From contig CH464491.1 of the NCBI GenBank assembly GCA_000002445.1, positions 4,352,001 through 4,416,000 on the forward strand: a stretch of DNA of 64,000 nucleotides. Reading direction: 5' to 3'. Of the stretch, positions 1 through 10,984 are shown in pieces; position 1 is the stretch's first letter, and each line of letters begins with the position of its first letter. Made by a program: the position numbers and the translations under genes. Under the pieces are notes generated by a model that saw nothing but the letters and a program-made list of their open reading frames with translations, made no database searches and was not told the DNA's origin. The stretch is from Trypanosoma brucei (lineage: Eukaryota).

Positions 1-861
1 AAGCAGAAAAATGAGGGCAAATAATCAGGGAATGAGCAGCCACTTATCATTTTAGCTCCATCACACTTTCCTGCGTAATGCGAAGGGAGAAGACCGCCGT
101 GGATCCGCACGGAGACGATACAAGCAGTGAAAAAAGAAATAATTATAAAAACAACAATAATAATAACAATAATATCGATCAGCATGGGGGGGAGGTAATA
201 CGCGAAACGATAAACGCTTTACTCAAAACAATTATGACAATAATAACAAAAAAGGTAAAACTTTTTTTTTAAAGGTGACAAATACGAGGAGAGAATCAGA
301 GGAAAAGCGGAATCACGAGACAAATACGAGGCCGACTGGCTTCCCTCAATATCATGCGCCCCCGTCATTTCAAAAAATTGGTTTTCCCTCTGGCGCCATC
401 TCTTCTTTTTTTTTACGTTTTTTTTTTTTCGATTATGGAAAGATCGATGTGTACACCCATCGCTTCTTTCCTTTTCAGTCCTTCTTATTTGGCTCCCCCC
501 TCCTCCTCCTTTTCTTTCGTACAACACTTCGTAGCGCACGCATACATACACAAAAAAAAACATGTACGACCGCACAATAAAAGAAAGATATATTTAATTT
601 AGACTTTAAAATCTCATGCTGCGTTCCCACATCCCTCCGTCAAAAGTTTTCCCATTGGCATCGCATCCGCCACATGAGATTCGTGCTTTAGTATCCACGC
701 ACACCTTTTTACTCAACCCCCAAATGAATTAACATTTTTATTTTTTTTAAAAAAAGAGGACAGAAAAGGTAAGATAAAAGATGGAAAGAAAAGAAAAGAA
801 AAACAAAAAAAAAATACAAACAGTTAAATAAAACGTTAAAACGATGCCCCAATCCAAAGAC

Positions 862-1149
862 TTACTTCGCCTTCCTCGCAAGAGACTTGGGAACATATGG
901 TGTAGCACCACCCATCATTACAACTTCCATTTCCTCATCACTGAAGGCTCGGGGACGGAAGTGGGCCGGCAAGTCATTTATTGAGTCCAAAATGCTACTG
1001 GTGCTGCCGCTGGTGGCAGCTCTTATACCGCTGCTGTTGCTGCCGCTGGTGCTGCTGCTTGGGGACGTGCCGCTACCACCCATCTTGAGGCGGGCGTAAG
1101 TGAAGCGAATAAGTGGGTTGCGTCGACACAAATGCGTGGGGAGAAACAT
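862..1149 (-). CDS. Small hypothetical protein, 95 aa from ATG at 1149 or 73 aa from ATG at 1083. The internal start reads MGGSGTS, an N-myristoylation-like consensus.
   Basis: Open frame with ordinary (non-low-complexity) composition on the same strand as all other genes. Both candidate ATGs were checked in the sequence. The protein is S/T/G-rich. No family recognised. Confidence 0.3.
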   Translation of the reverse strand: MFLPTHLCRRNPLIRFTYARLKMGGSGTSPSSSTSGSNSSGIRAATSGSTSSILDSINDLPAHFRPRAFSDEEMEVVMMGGATPYVPKSLARKAK

Positions 1150-1500
1150 ACTTCTTCAGTTGAAATAAAAATAGAGAAAGAAAAAAGAAAAGAAAAGAAA
1201 AGAAAAGACTCTACACCTTCTGGTTTCTTCTTATGCCTTTGATTTTTGGCTTCGGTGTCGGTTGCTGCTGTTAGAATTTTTCGCACCGGGCACTCACCAA
1301 AAAGAACTGGATATGCTTCGCTTTGCTTTGAAGTAAAAAGAAAAAAAAACAAACATAATACGAAGACGACAGCGGACACACAAATGCACATTGACATATA
1401 TATGCATTATATAAGCCATATTGCTCTGCTTGCTTGAAAGACCACAAATATCTTACGAACGGTAACAACCACTGGGACCGCAAGAGTAGCCGGAGAGGCT

Positions 1501-1526
1501 CACACACACACACACACACACACACA
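1501..1526. repeat. (CA)13 microsatellite in the spacer downstream of the 607-aa gene
   Basis: Direct read: cacacaca... at 1501-1526. Confidence 0.95.
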
Positions 1527-1601
1527 TGCGCACGTGCTGAGTTGTATAACCTTCAAATTCCAACAAAACTGGAGATGAAACAAAATGTCGGCCTGCGCCG
1601 C

Positions 1602-3425
1602 TTAAATTTCCACCGCAGCATAACCAACAACTGTCGCAGCCCAAGGGTCGACGTCAATGATGCCAGCGTCAACATGAAGTGCCTTCTTGCCGGCAAGGCA
1701 CCGCTGAATAGCGCTAAGTCCATCCACCAGAAACCGAAATTCCCCATCAAATGACAGTTGCAAAAGGACCAACTGGGACAGTTGAGTGACTGATTCCCGT
1801 AGACCGAAACCTTTACCATCGCGGAGCGAACCCATCAGTAAATCCACATCAGCTTCGTTATCGATAACAAAAATACAAACCACAGGTAAGCCACCTTCCC
1901 CACGGTTTTCACCCAACACATGAACGGCACACTGCGGGAACAGGGCGCCAAGCCACTGCACGAGCCCAGCGAGAAGTAACTGAGAGCCACTGCCCCGTCG
2001 TCCACCTCTCGCAACCGACCCTCCACCCAACAGCATGACATTTCCATCACCGCTAATTCGCCTCTCGGATATAAGTGAGAGTACAACAGAACCAACAGCT
2101 TCAAGGGACGCGGCATGGCGCCAGGCGGATGGGCACCGCGTTGACTGCAGCGATCCCAAGTCCCGCCCCTCAAGAGCAAAAGCAAGCACGCTGTGCATGA
2201 AAGGAAGTGATGCTGTCACTGCTCGTTCCGTCGGGCCGTGAAGTGCCTTGCAGGGAAAACAGCTATTAACTGCCGCTGCCGCTGCAACAAATGGTAACGA
2301 TAATGCGGCTAACTCGGTGGAAGCAAATACGTCAACACGCCTTGCGTGCGGATAAAGGTGCGCAACAGATCCATCAGTGCACACAGTAGAAACGCCAATA
2401 TTTGTTGTCAGTGGTGCTGCGGAGAGGACCGCATCAACAAACTGCTGTTCTTCACGTGAGAGCGTGGTGTCCGGTTGTGATGGACCACAAAGTGGGCTCT
2501 GTTCGCCACACATTACCGTATCCTTCTGAAGCAGAAGTGCAACGTGGAGATCACAGTCCCACGAATGCTCCGCAGCTTCATGTGGATGTTGAAGAACGAA
2601 TACAGAACAAAGGCACTTCTGAACGTGCAACGGAAGGCAGTCAGCCCACAGATTCAGTAGCTTCAGTAGCCTGTCCTGCTCCAGTGTGCATAGTAAGCAG
2701 CCCGTTGCGTCCGGCTGGCTATCCAAAAAACGAAACCTTCCCCCAACAGGAACCGATTTTGACGCCGTCCCCCGGTTCACGTCCTTTGGGTCATGTGTGT
2801 GATGAAAATGGAACTCCACCTCCCTCATAAGATGCAATTTAATAGGTGGGGAAAAGGGTTCCAGAAAATTCAATGATAGCCGTGGCAATGGCCTGCATCC
2901 TGTAGAATCAACACGTACTCCACCAAATTCTTCCGATCCGGCAAAACCCTCACCACCAATCGGGGATACATGGGGAAGTGACTCCAAAGCATGGCGCAGA
3001 TTTCCCGCTTTAATGTCCGGTGCAACAGCCGGCACTACACTCATCCATGGACAACGGGTACAAGAGGAGACTGACATGTGGTGAGCACAAGGAGGAGGGG
3101 AGGGACGCGTCCACAACGGTCCCCTCTTCATACAATTAGCGCGAATTAGCCAACAATGCTGAGGTTTTGGCAGCCTTCGCTCCTCCACGATCATATTAAA
3201 AAAACGGGCGGGAGCTCGAATGACATCACCGGGAGCCAAACCATGAAAGACGACACGTCGCTGTTGTCGCATCTCTGGCTTACGACTTGAGAGACAGACA
3301 AGTGACTCGCACCCAGTGGGCACCATCCGCTTCCCAACAATGAATACTTGTGATTTCACCGTGCCTCCTGATCGTCCCTTCGTTGGTGGTTTCTCTAACA
3401 TATTGCGCAGCTTCCGCGTGAGCAT
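1602..3425 (-). CDS. Hypothetical conserved protein (607 aa from the first ATG). The N-terminus is Arg-rich and may be an organellar targeting sequence.
   Basis: Long uninterrupted ORF. The track start at 3497 is TTG (caa on the + strand); the first in-frame ATG is at 3423-3425 (cat on +). No family motif recognised with confidence. Confidence 0.7.
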   Translation of the reverse strand: MLTRKLRNMLEKPPTKGRSGGTVKSQVFIVGKRMVPTGCESLVCLSSRKPEMRQQRRVVFHGLAPGDVIRAPARFFNMIVEERRLPKPQHCWLIRANCMKRGPLWTRPSPPPCAHHMSVSSCTRCPWMSVVPAVAPDIKAGNLRHALESLPHVSPIGGEGFAGSEEFGGVRVDSTGCRPLPRLSLNFLEPFSPPIKLHLMREVEFHFHHTHDPKDVNRGTASKSVPVGGRFRFLDSQPDATGCLLCTLEQDRLLKLLNLWADCLPLHVQKCLCSVFVLQHPHEAAEHSWDCDLHVALLLQKDTVMCGEQSPLCGPSQPDTTLSREEQQFVDAVLSAAPLTTNIGVSTVCTDGSVAHLYPHARRVDVFASTELAALSLPFVAAAAAVNSCFPCKALHGPTERAVTASLPFMHSVLAFALEGRDLGSLQSTRCPSAWRHAASLEAVGSVVLSLISERRISGDGNVMLLGGGSVARGGRRGSGSQLLLAGLVQWLGALFPQCAVHVLGENRGEGGLPVVCIFVIDNEADVDLLMGSLRDGKGFGLRESVTQLSQLVLLQLSFDGEFRFLVDGLSAIQRCLAGKKALHVDAGIIDVDPWAATVVGYAAVEI

Positions 3426-3994
3426 CTCGCCACCGCTAAAAACGCATAAAGTTGTCCAGTGTGCATTAAAAACAATAAAAAGAAAAAGAAGATCCAAAAG
3501 AAGGTCAGAGGGGGGAGGGAAAAGCTGAATCAGAAGCGAAATTAGAAAATGAACACCGAAGAACCAACGTAATAACCGGGCCTATTTGTGTCACTTAATA
3601 CCACTCATAACTCACGCAAAGAATACGAGAGCGATATGTGTATAAATAAATATTTATGTATGTGTGTGTCTGTCCGTTTTTTTTTTCACATATATATACC
3701 GTTATTGTAGCTTAATGTTGTAAAGGAAACATTATCGTCACTCGCACGTAAAAACGAAGGACTTACACCCCACGTTGTCCATGAAACGAAATGAACAACA
3801 GCAATAATAACGATAACAACAAGACAACGATAACAGGGGCTAAAGAGTTAGGGGAAAAAATCTTAAGGTGAGAGTGGTATTTCATCTTTTTTTTTCTTCG
3901 CCCTGCGGCTGCAGAGGAGAGAGTTAACGAATATGCGGTATGCAGCGGCAAGAAAGAAAAAAAAAGAGAAAATAGAGAACAAATAAAGCGCCTG

Positions 3995-6046
3995 CTAAAT
4001 ATTTGCTGCAGAACCACCTGCTGGACTCTGTTTTCCACTTCTTTTGAAGTTGAAGCCGATGTGATCCGCCTTTACGGGAGCCTCGTTAGACGCATGCCTC
4101 TGCTTGTGTAACTCGAACATATGCTCACAGTGCTGACTGTAATCCCGATGGATGTACCCAACAGCAAGGAGGGATGATACACAGGCAACAAGGACAACAA
4201 TAATCGGCAAAATCACGCACTGCCTTCCAAGACATATGGTTTTCCCCTCCTTCATCGCCTCATGGGTGTAAACCTCACCGTACAAACCACGATTAATCAA
4301 CAAAGAAGAAACAACAGTGGCGACGGTAATACAATTGTAGTATTTGCCCACATCACTAGCAAAAATGGTGCGCACAACAATAACGGATGCGGCGGCGCTG
4401 CAACCACCAGCAAACGATACAAGAAAACACGGAATGGCAAGAAGTGGAGCAGGAAGAACAAAAAATAGTGATAAAGCCACAACTTGAACCACAGCTGGCA
4501 CAAACAGCGCCGCAGTTATGGGAATACGCTCCTCCGCCGACCGGTTTTGGGAAACCATCTCGAACAAACTCAAAATAATACGACCAAACCCGCTGCCCAC
4601 CGACGTCAGTACGAGAAGGTATCCCACATAGGTGTCCGCTAGCAGTCCCCCGTCAAACGCCGCTAAAAGAAAGCGCATATTAGCTAAAACAAGAACCTCA
4701 GCGCCGGAAAGCGAAAACATTGTCCACATCAAAGCCCAAAAGCGAAGTGTCTTTATGTTGTCAGCCAGTTTAATGTGAAACTGCGGTGCCATGTAGTCGA
4801 GGTCGTCAACACAAGCTACACTTCCCACACTCTCTGACGCCGCTCGACTCACACAACTGGAACGCTCTGAGCACCTTGTGGATGTCATGGGAAGTATCAA
4901 AGACTGAGAGCGCTCAAGACACTGAAGCGGCAGCGCCATCACAGGGTATAGGGCAAGTATTGCGACGGTAGTGCAAGCAAAAGAAACACGGTACCGGTGT
5001 CCCAAATTGAAGTACATTGAAACAATGGCCTGCACAGGCAAGTAAACCATTAAAACTGCTACAATTCCAAACCCAATGGCAAATCGGAGACCAGATGGCC
5101 TCTGCCGAAGGTAAATTCTCCTCAGTCGCCGCCGCGTTACTCGCTCCTTCCGGGTAATGGTATCAACCTCAGAACCCTTCACAACATAGGGTGGATCCTC
5201 CAAATACATGTACCCAAGAACGGTGGCAACAACGCCTATGGAAGCAAGGAAGATGAAGAAGTTCCGGGTGTCCTTCGCCTCGCCTCCATAGAAAAACGCT
5301 GAGTGAATTGCACCGATGACGCCGTACCCTATTCCGGTAATCACTTTTGAAAGCGCAACCACGGGCCCCTTATCGGAAGGAAAAATCGATAACAGAGTCA
5401 TTACGGCAGCCGTGTCAAGCAGCCACGTCCCCACAGCCTGCAGCGCGGAGTAAAAAATGAACAGATAAAGATTCCCCTTTATAAAGTCATCGTAAGTTAG
5501 GGCCTGCAAGATAGCACCGACAGGTTGCGTTAGCAGGGCGAGAATGAAAACAGGCCGGGCGCCGTATTTGTCGTACACGGCACCAAGAGGTAGCATTAAA
5601 ATGCCTGCGACATCACTCCCTGTGAAGATAGACGTTATATCGTTCTGTGTAAAGTTAAATTTCGCCTGGAGCTGACCACTGTACAAATTGAACGTAAAGC
5701 TAGAAGAAACAACAAAACAGCACAGTGCACCAACTACAAGCTGCCAGAAACGTTTGGGCTCGCTCAACGCCTGCAAACCGTAGATTGGGGGCCTGTGATA
5801 AATCCAACTACCCCGCTCGCGGGAATCAGGTGACAGGCAGTGCGTGTCACGATGCCCCGTACTTTCGTATCCATCTATCAACCGCACTGTTCCCCTTGGC
5901 GAGAGAAGATGAGTGGTAGGTGCTGCTTCTTCTTCTTCCTCATGTTCCGAAACCGGCGTTGTAACATCCTCCTCAACTTGCTCCCTCAACATCGCCGACT
6001 CCGCTACCCCATACGACAGGAGGCACTGACGGAGAGAACACGCCAT
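3995..6046 (-). CDS. Major facilitator superfamily (nodulin-like) membrane transporter, 683 aa
   Basis: ATG verified at 6044-6046. An acidic soluble N-terminus of about 100 aa is followed by about 12 hydrophobic helices split 6+6 by a basic cytoplasmic loop (RKERVTRRRLRRIYLRQRPSG). This is the typical architecture of kinetoplastid nodulin-like MFS proteins. Confidence 0.8.
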   Translation of the reverse strand: MACSLRQCLLSYGVAESAMLREQVEEDVTTPVSEHEEEEEAAPTTHLLSPRGTVRLIDGYESTGHRDTHCLSPDSRERGSWIYHRPPIYGLQALSEPKRFWQLVVGALCCFVVSSSFTFNLYSGQLQAKFNFTQNDITSIFTGSDVAGILMLPLGAVYDKYGARPVFILALLTQPVGAILQALTYDDFIKGNLYLFIFYSALQAVGTWLLDTAAVMTLLSIFPSDKGPVVALSKVITGIGYGVIGAIHSAFFYGGEAKDTRNFFIFLASIGVVATVLGYMYLEDPPYVVKGSEVDTITRKERVTRRRLRRIYLRQRPSGLRFAIGFGIVAVLMVYLPVQAIVSMYFNLGHRYRVSFACTTVAILALYPVMALPLQCLERSQSLILPMTSTRCSERSSCVSRAASESVGSVACVDDLDYMAPQFHIKLADNIKTLRFWALMWTMFSLSGAEVLVLANMRFLLAAFDGGLLADTYVGYLLVLTSVGSGFGRIILSLFEMVSQNRSAEERIPITAALFVPAVVQVVALSLFFVLPAPLLAIPCFLVSFAGGCSAAASVIVVRTIFASDVGKYYNCITVATVVSSLLINRGLYGEVYTHEAMKEGKTICLGRQCVILPIIVVLVACVSSLLAVGYIHRDYSQHCEHMFELHKQRHASNEAPVKADHIGFNFKRSGKQSPAGGSAANI

Positions 6047-7063
6047 GGTGGTCGGTACGAATTAGACAGGTACGTATTCTACCAGAGTTATACACTAGGC
6101 TTCCCCGCTACTTTATTTTCCTTTAATTTTATTTTGCTCCGGTTACCCTTCACCTCTCTTTTTTTCTTCTTGACTTCTTTCGGATTATTCCGCTGATGTT
6201 GAAGGACAGCGGTTGCCACACGTGCCTCTTTTAAGCGGTGTTTAGTAAGGTGGAGCAGGCTTTCAGTCGAACCCTCCCCCTTTTATTATATTTTTCGCGT
6301 ATCCCCTGGGTTTCGCAGGTGAGAAGTGAATATATTTATATATGTTCCTTAAGTTATTTCTATGAACCAGCGCCACGCTATTGTAGGGGGAAACAAAACA
6401 GGAAAAAACAAAGGAAAACAGTGGGCAGAAACGGTAACAACTAGCACCAATTAAAGAAAATTCGCAGTGTTTGTAGTGTTCACCACACACGCACACACAC
6501 AGCCTTTAGGGCACAGATACGAATATGCGCACCTCATGCAGTACTGCTTTACATTTCCCTCCGCGTAACGGCGGATGCAATTCGGGAAATAGACGTGAGT
6601 TACACTCGCCCATCAGGTCACAAACGGGATGGTAATAACAATAACAGCGAGGGCGTTCATAGGGGGAAAAAAAAAATCTCAGCTGGTCCATGTAACCCAT
6701 GGAACCATATAGCATTCCCTCACGCACTGGGAACGAGATGATGCAAAGAGAAAGAGACGAAAAAGAAGGAAAGAGAAAGAAAAATAAGAACGAACAAAGT
6801 GTTCACAGGAGGAAGATGATGGGTAAAGAAGAAATAAAAGGGCCTCTACACCCATGTGATACAGGGAAGGATGCACGGCCGTTTCTCCTTCTCTTAAACA
6901 ATGCCACTGAAATCCAGCCTGCCGCATGCAACGAATATACCGGCACCGGATGTAAGGGCAGGCTGCAGAGGTAGCACACAAAAGGAGGGACCCGCACATG
7001 TATTCAAAGTGTACAATTGTTGACTGCACGGAACCACCTACAACCAAAAAAGGGGCGTATTTG

Positions 7064-7084
7064 TATATATATATATATATATAC
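7064..7084. repeat. (TA)10 microsatellite
   Basis: Direct read. Confidence 0.9.
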
Positions 7085-7422
7085 TGTGTATTTATGAGTG
7101 TAATGATCATTTGTGCGATTGCATTCCGCAAGATCAGGAAAAGTGGCGAGCATACTGTTAAGCACAAATTGAGTGCAGCTCATGCACACAGCAAACAAAC
7201 AAGATCGCATATAATTAAAAACAAAGATCGATCCAATCTATGTGCATTACTTTTTCAAACAAGTGTGTTAGTAAGTTCTACGTGGATCCACGAAGGCGCC
7301 TCCTCACACCCCGAGCCGCATTGTCAACTCCCCTCGCGGCGACTCCCTTTCACGCTACGTGTTGTGGAAAGAGTACTGCAGGAAATCCTCTCTCTATGGG
7401 CTGGTAAATCTATGAATTCTTC

Positions 7423-9750
7423 TCATACGGACACTGCCGACTTCGAAGAAGTAGACTCGAAGTCAGTGCCGTACTCACTATCTTTATCATCATGTTCTCT
7501 ATCACTATCCTCTTTCTCAGTGCCACTTTTACCCTTACTATCGCTGTCACTCTTTCCTTCAGAAGTCTCTTTGGATTCACTGTCTTTACCTTCCTTCGTC
7601 CCCTCATGTGATTCTGATTCGCTGCTAGAACCCTCAGTGCTTTGCCGTCGGCTCCCCTTCTCGCCCGAGTCTACTTCCCCGTCGCTTCCAGACTTGGAAG
7701 GTTCATCCTTTTCATCGTTATCACGCGCTTCCCCATCAGGTTCCGATTTTTTGCTGGCTTCACCAGCTGCGGCCGCAGCAGTGGCGGCATTATCAGCGCC
7801 CGCAGCGTTATCATCATCACTTGCATCGGCGCAGCCCTGTATGATAGCAGATAATGTGCCTCCATCTACACCACTCTCTTTGAGAAGCCGTAATATCTCC
7901 TTTTCCGTCTCCGCACGCACCTTGGCGGCACTATGTAGGTGAACCGGCTCCACAAATATGGGTGGTATTTGAACTACACGCGACAGCATTTCGTTAAGCT
8001 GCTCTGCCGCTTCACGCTCGGCCTCGCGGCCTAGCCGACGCAACTCCGTTACCTTTTTGCGGATAACATCATCAGTGTTAACTTGGGTGCTCTTCAAATA
8101 CTCCTTCAGTCGAGCATTCACCCGTTTCTGCCGCTGATATGCCTCCTTTAACGCAGCGGTCTCCTCACTCCTCTTGTCTTGGTATTGCTTAGCTTCAGCT
8201 GCTGTGATGTATCTTTCAAACACAGCTTGGGTACGCATCGCATGTGCTCGTGTCCCTTTAGGAACTGATAACCCCCTCTTATCCTCAGCCTCACCAGTGC
8301 CTCCAGAACTGCCTTCCTTCCCCTCCGGTGGCTTTGGTACCGAACGTTTCCGGCGGGCTGGTCGGGTCGCCGATCCCGGGCGCTGCTGCTTTTTCCGATG
8401 CAGTGACCGACCCCTAATAACTTCTTCTTTGCCTGAGACCGTTAATTTGAATGGTTCCACCTGTGTTGGTTGACGCTTGAGTTTCCTCTCTGCAAGTGCA
8501 AGCCGCTCCTCAGCCCACAATGCCTCGAAGTTGGGCACTCCCCCGCGGATTTTGGGTTTAAACGTCAAGTTCGGGTTGCGTTTTGCCGATGTACTTCTTG
8601 AACGCCTTTTGGGAGTCTTATCTTCTTTGCTTTCTGAAACTCCTCCGCTGACCTTTGGTTTAGACAAGGGCGCCATCACAAGTACACCGGTGGGTGGCGA
8701 TGATGATGGAACCGCCGAAGAAGGTGGAGGGGCTGTTGTCGTATGCTGGGAAGAAACAGTTACAACCGGACCGCTCACCGGCACGATGTTTGCCGCTCTG
8801 TCGCCCTGTTGTTGTACCTGCTGCTGTTGTTGCCGCTGATGTAGTTGTAGGAACTCAACCGGAGTCATCCCGAACCACGGTTGTGTACGGCCTGTTTGCT
8901 CTGCTGCAGCAACGCGTTGAGACTCCTCTGCCTTCACCTCCTCCATCTGATGCACAGCCCGTTGCTTAATGCGCTCAACTCGTATCTGTTCGTGCTCCTC
9001 AATGGCGGGCCATAACTTGAGAGCTACTTCAACCGGGACGTCGCGGATCTCTGACACCTGGCGGCAATCCCTTGCATTATGACCGCGACTATAATCCGAT
9101 TCCGACCCCCGCTGGCGGCGCGCACCCATGACCTCACGAACGTTACGCAAACCAGACACGCACAACTGCATGAACTCTTTTTCCTCCCGAATTCGTTCAG
9201 CCTTTTCCGCAGCGAGAGCTTCTACCATGACACGCCGTTGTCGCCACTCCTCTACCATGAGATCATACTTATTCATGTACGTGGAAGGCGGTACGGGATT
9301 TGACTTGAAGCGGCGGTTCAACTCGCGCTGTTCTTCTTGCTCCCGCTTCAATCGGTCTTCTTCCATGCGACGCGCATGTATGCCCCGCGGCCTCCTCAAT
9401 TCGCGCGCTTCGAAGGAAAATGGTTGCACGTTCCGCAATTTCTCCATGCGACGTTCCTGGTAATCACGAAAGTTGTTGAGGGCACTAAAGTACCGCTGCA
9501 TCGTTCTATGGGCCTCGCGCCGATGGCGCCTGCGTATCTCATCCAAACGCTCGACTGGGGAAATGGCGCGGGTGTTGTGAAAATCGGCAGTTTGAGATTG
9601 AAAGGTATTGGCATCGACGGGTTCCGGCATCTGTAACGTTTCGGGCGTTGGGTGCACAGCGGACAACTCCTTCTCGAGCAACTCCTGCTGGTGCCTGAGG
9701 TCATGAAGCTTCAACAAACTCACCATCTCTCCGTCCACCTCCGCCTGCAT
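7423..9750 (-). CDS. Large charged coiled-coil protein with TPX2-like FKxxP/PFxF motifs and an acidic Ser/Asp/Glu-rich C-terminal tail (775 aa). Possibly a microtubule-associated protein.
   Basis: ATG verified at 9748-9750. Motifs read in the translation: PFSFEARELRRPR, RFKSNPVPPSTY, EPFKLTVSGKEE, LTFKPKIRGGVPNFE. There is a poly-Q stretch, and a C-terminal 90 aa rich in SD/SE/KE. Confidence 0.75.
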   Translation of the reverse strand: MQAEVDGEMVSLLKLHDLRHQQELLEKELSAVHPTPETLQMPEPVDANTFQSQTADFHNTRAISPVERLDEIRRRHRREAHRTMQRYFSALNNFRDYQERRMEKLRNVQPFSFEARELRRPRGIHARRMEEDRLKREQEEQRELNRRFKSNPVPPSTYMNKYDLMVEEWRQRRVMVEALAAEKAERIREEKEFMQLCVSGLRNVREVMGARRQRGSESDYSRGHNARDCRQVSEIRDVPVEVALKLWPAIEEHEQIRVERIKQRAVHQMEEVKAEESQRVAAAEQTGRTQPWFGMTPVEFLQLHQRQQQQQVQQQGDRAANIVPVSGPVVTVSSQHTTTAPPPSSAVPSSSPPTGVLVMAPLSKPKVSGGVSESKEDKTPKRRSRSTSAKRNPNLTFKPKIRGGVPNFEALWAEERLALAERKLKRQPTQVEPFKLTVSGKEEVIRGRSLHRKKQQRPGSATRPARRKRSVPKPPEGKEGSSGGTGEAEDKRGLSVPKGTRAHAMRTQAVFERYITAAEAKQYQDKRSEETAALKEAYQRQKRVNARLKEYLKSTQVNTDDVIRKKVTELRRLGREAEREAAEQLNEMLSRVVQIPPIFVEPVHLHSAAKVRAETEKEILRLLKESGVDGGTLSAIIQGCADASDDDNAAGADNAATAAAAAGEASKKSEPDGEARDNDEKDEPSKSGSDGEVDSGEKGSRRQSTEGSSSESESHEGTKEGKDSESKETSEGKSDSDSKGKSGTEKEDSDREHDDKDSEYGTDFESTSSKSAVSV

Positions 9751-10984
9751 CGCTGCTAGAGAAGTTTTGGGGGGGGGGAGGTGATTTATCTCCTAATTTC
9801 CTTCCTTTTCCTTAAGCGGGAGAATGGAAACAAGGCAAATGTGGTATTAACAAACAAGCAGTTAAAGAAATGAACACGTAAGTAGGGGGAAATAGGATTG
9901 GGGACGAAATACATCGCCTGCAGTCGGTAAGTACGGTAACGTAAAGCGACAGGAAATTTTAACGTAGAAAAAAGTACAGAGACGGAACGTGACGCAAAAA
10001 TAGAATGAAATAAAATAACCAATCGTATATAAAAACTAGCCGCTGAGATAGAGAGCTCATCCTCGTTTAATTGAACTGGCATCAATCATAAGAGAGTGGA
10101 ATTCGCAACCAAATTACGAAAACGAACCACGGGAAGAGACCTTCGCCTCCCTTCCCACACTTAAACGCATACACGCAGACACGGAAAAAGCGCTTCTAAA
10201 AAAAAAAAAAAGCGACTGGTATCTCCCCGATATTCGTCCCGATCAGCAGCTTGGATTGTTGTTTTTGCTGTTGTTTTGTTTTACATCAACACATCTCCTC
10301 ACCCCCATCCCTCTCCTCATGTCCCGCTTGTTTTCCCCCAGGCGAGTCCCATGCGCACACCACCACTACCCCAAGTGATGGGCACGAGGAGATACAAAAG
10401 GGAGAAAACGAACTCCTTGGATCATCACACCGAAACAACAAAACGGGACGAAAGAAAAAAAAACCTCCTTCTCCTTTTCATACTCACACTCCGTGCGCAC
10501 CAAAACGAATAAACAAGCAAACATAAACATCCAAAGCATTCGGGATTAACAGCAACCTTCTACCAGATAGAAGCAGCACAATGCTCACCAGTAGAACATA
10601 CAAATAAACAAGTGGCAGATGACCCTTCCATCCACAAATCCAGAAAGAACACCGGCAACGACTGACAGAAACAATGGAACAGATAACAACGATAGTGGCA
10701 AAACTGAATACACTCATTAAATAAAGAAAGTTAAACTAACAGTAGTGATATCTGCGCGTAGTGGCCTTCTACATCCCTTACCGCTACCTTTTATTACCGT
10801 TTCGTGGCACCAGACCCCAACGCTCCCGGCAGCACTTGATTTTTAGCGTCCACAAATGATACACGGAATATATATAATTATTATCATAGGCGGCAGTAAC
10901 AAGCGATAAAACGGCAACAGCAATCCTCAAATCCTGTACCAACCTCAGCTCCACCACCACCAACGCTCCCCTCCAATAACCTCT

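Noticed and set aside
6998-7942. 314-aa plus-strand ORF
   Set aside because: It begins in a (TA)n microsatellite and runs antisense through the acidic Ser-rich tail of the 775-aa gene. The translation is low-complexity S/L/P repeats produced by the antisense of SD/SE codons.
10484-10717. 77-aa hydrophobic minus-strand ORF in the spacer upstream of the 634-aa gene
   Set aside because: It is short, lacks an upstream poly-Y/AG context that I could identify, and its hydrophobicity is explained by a T-rich frame. There is not enough support for it.
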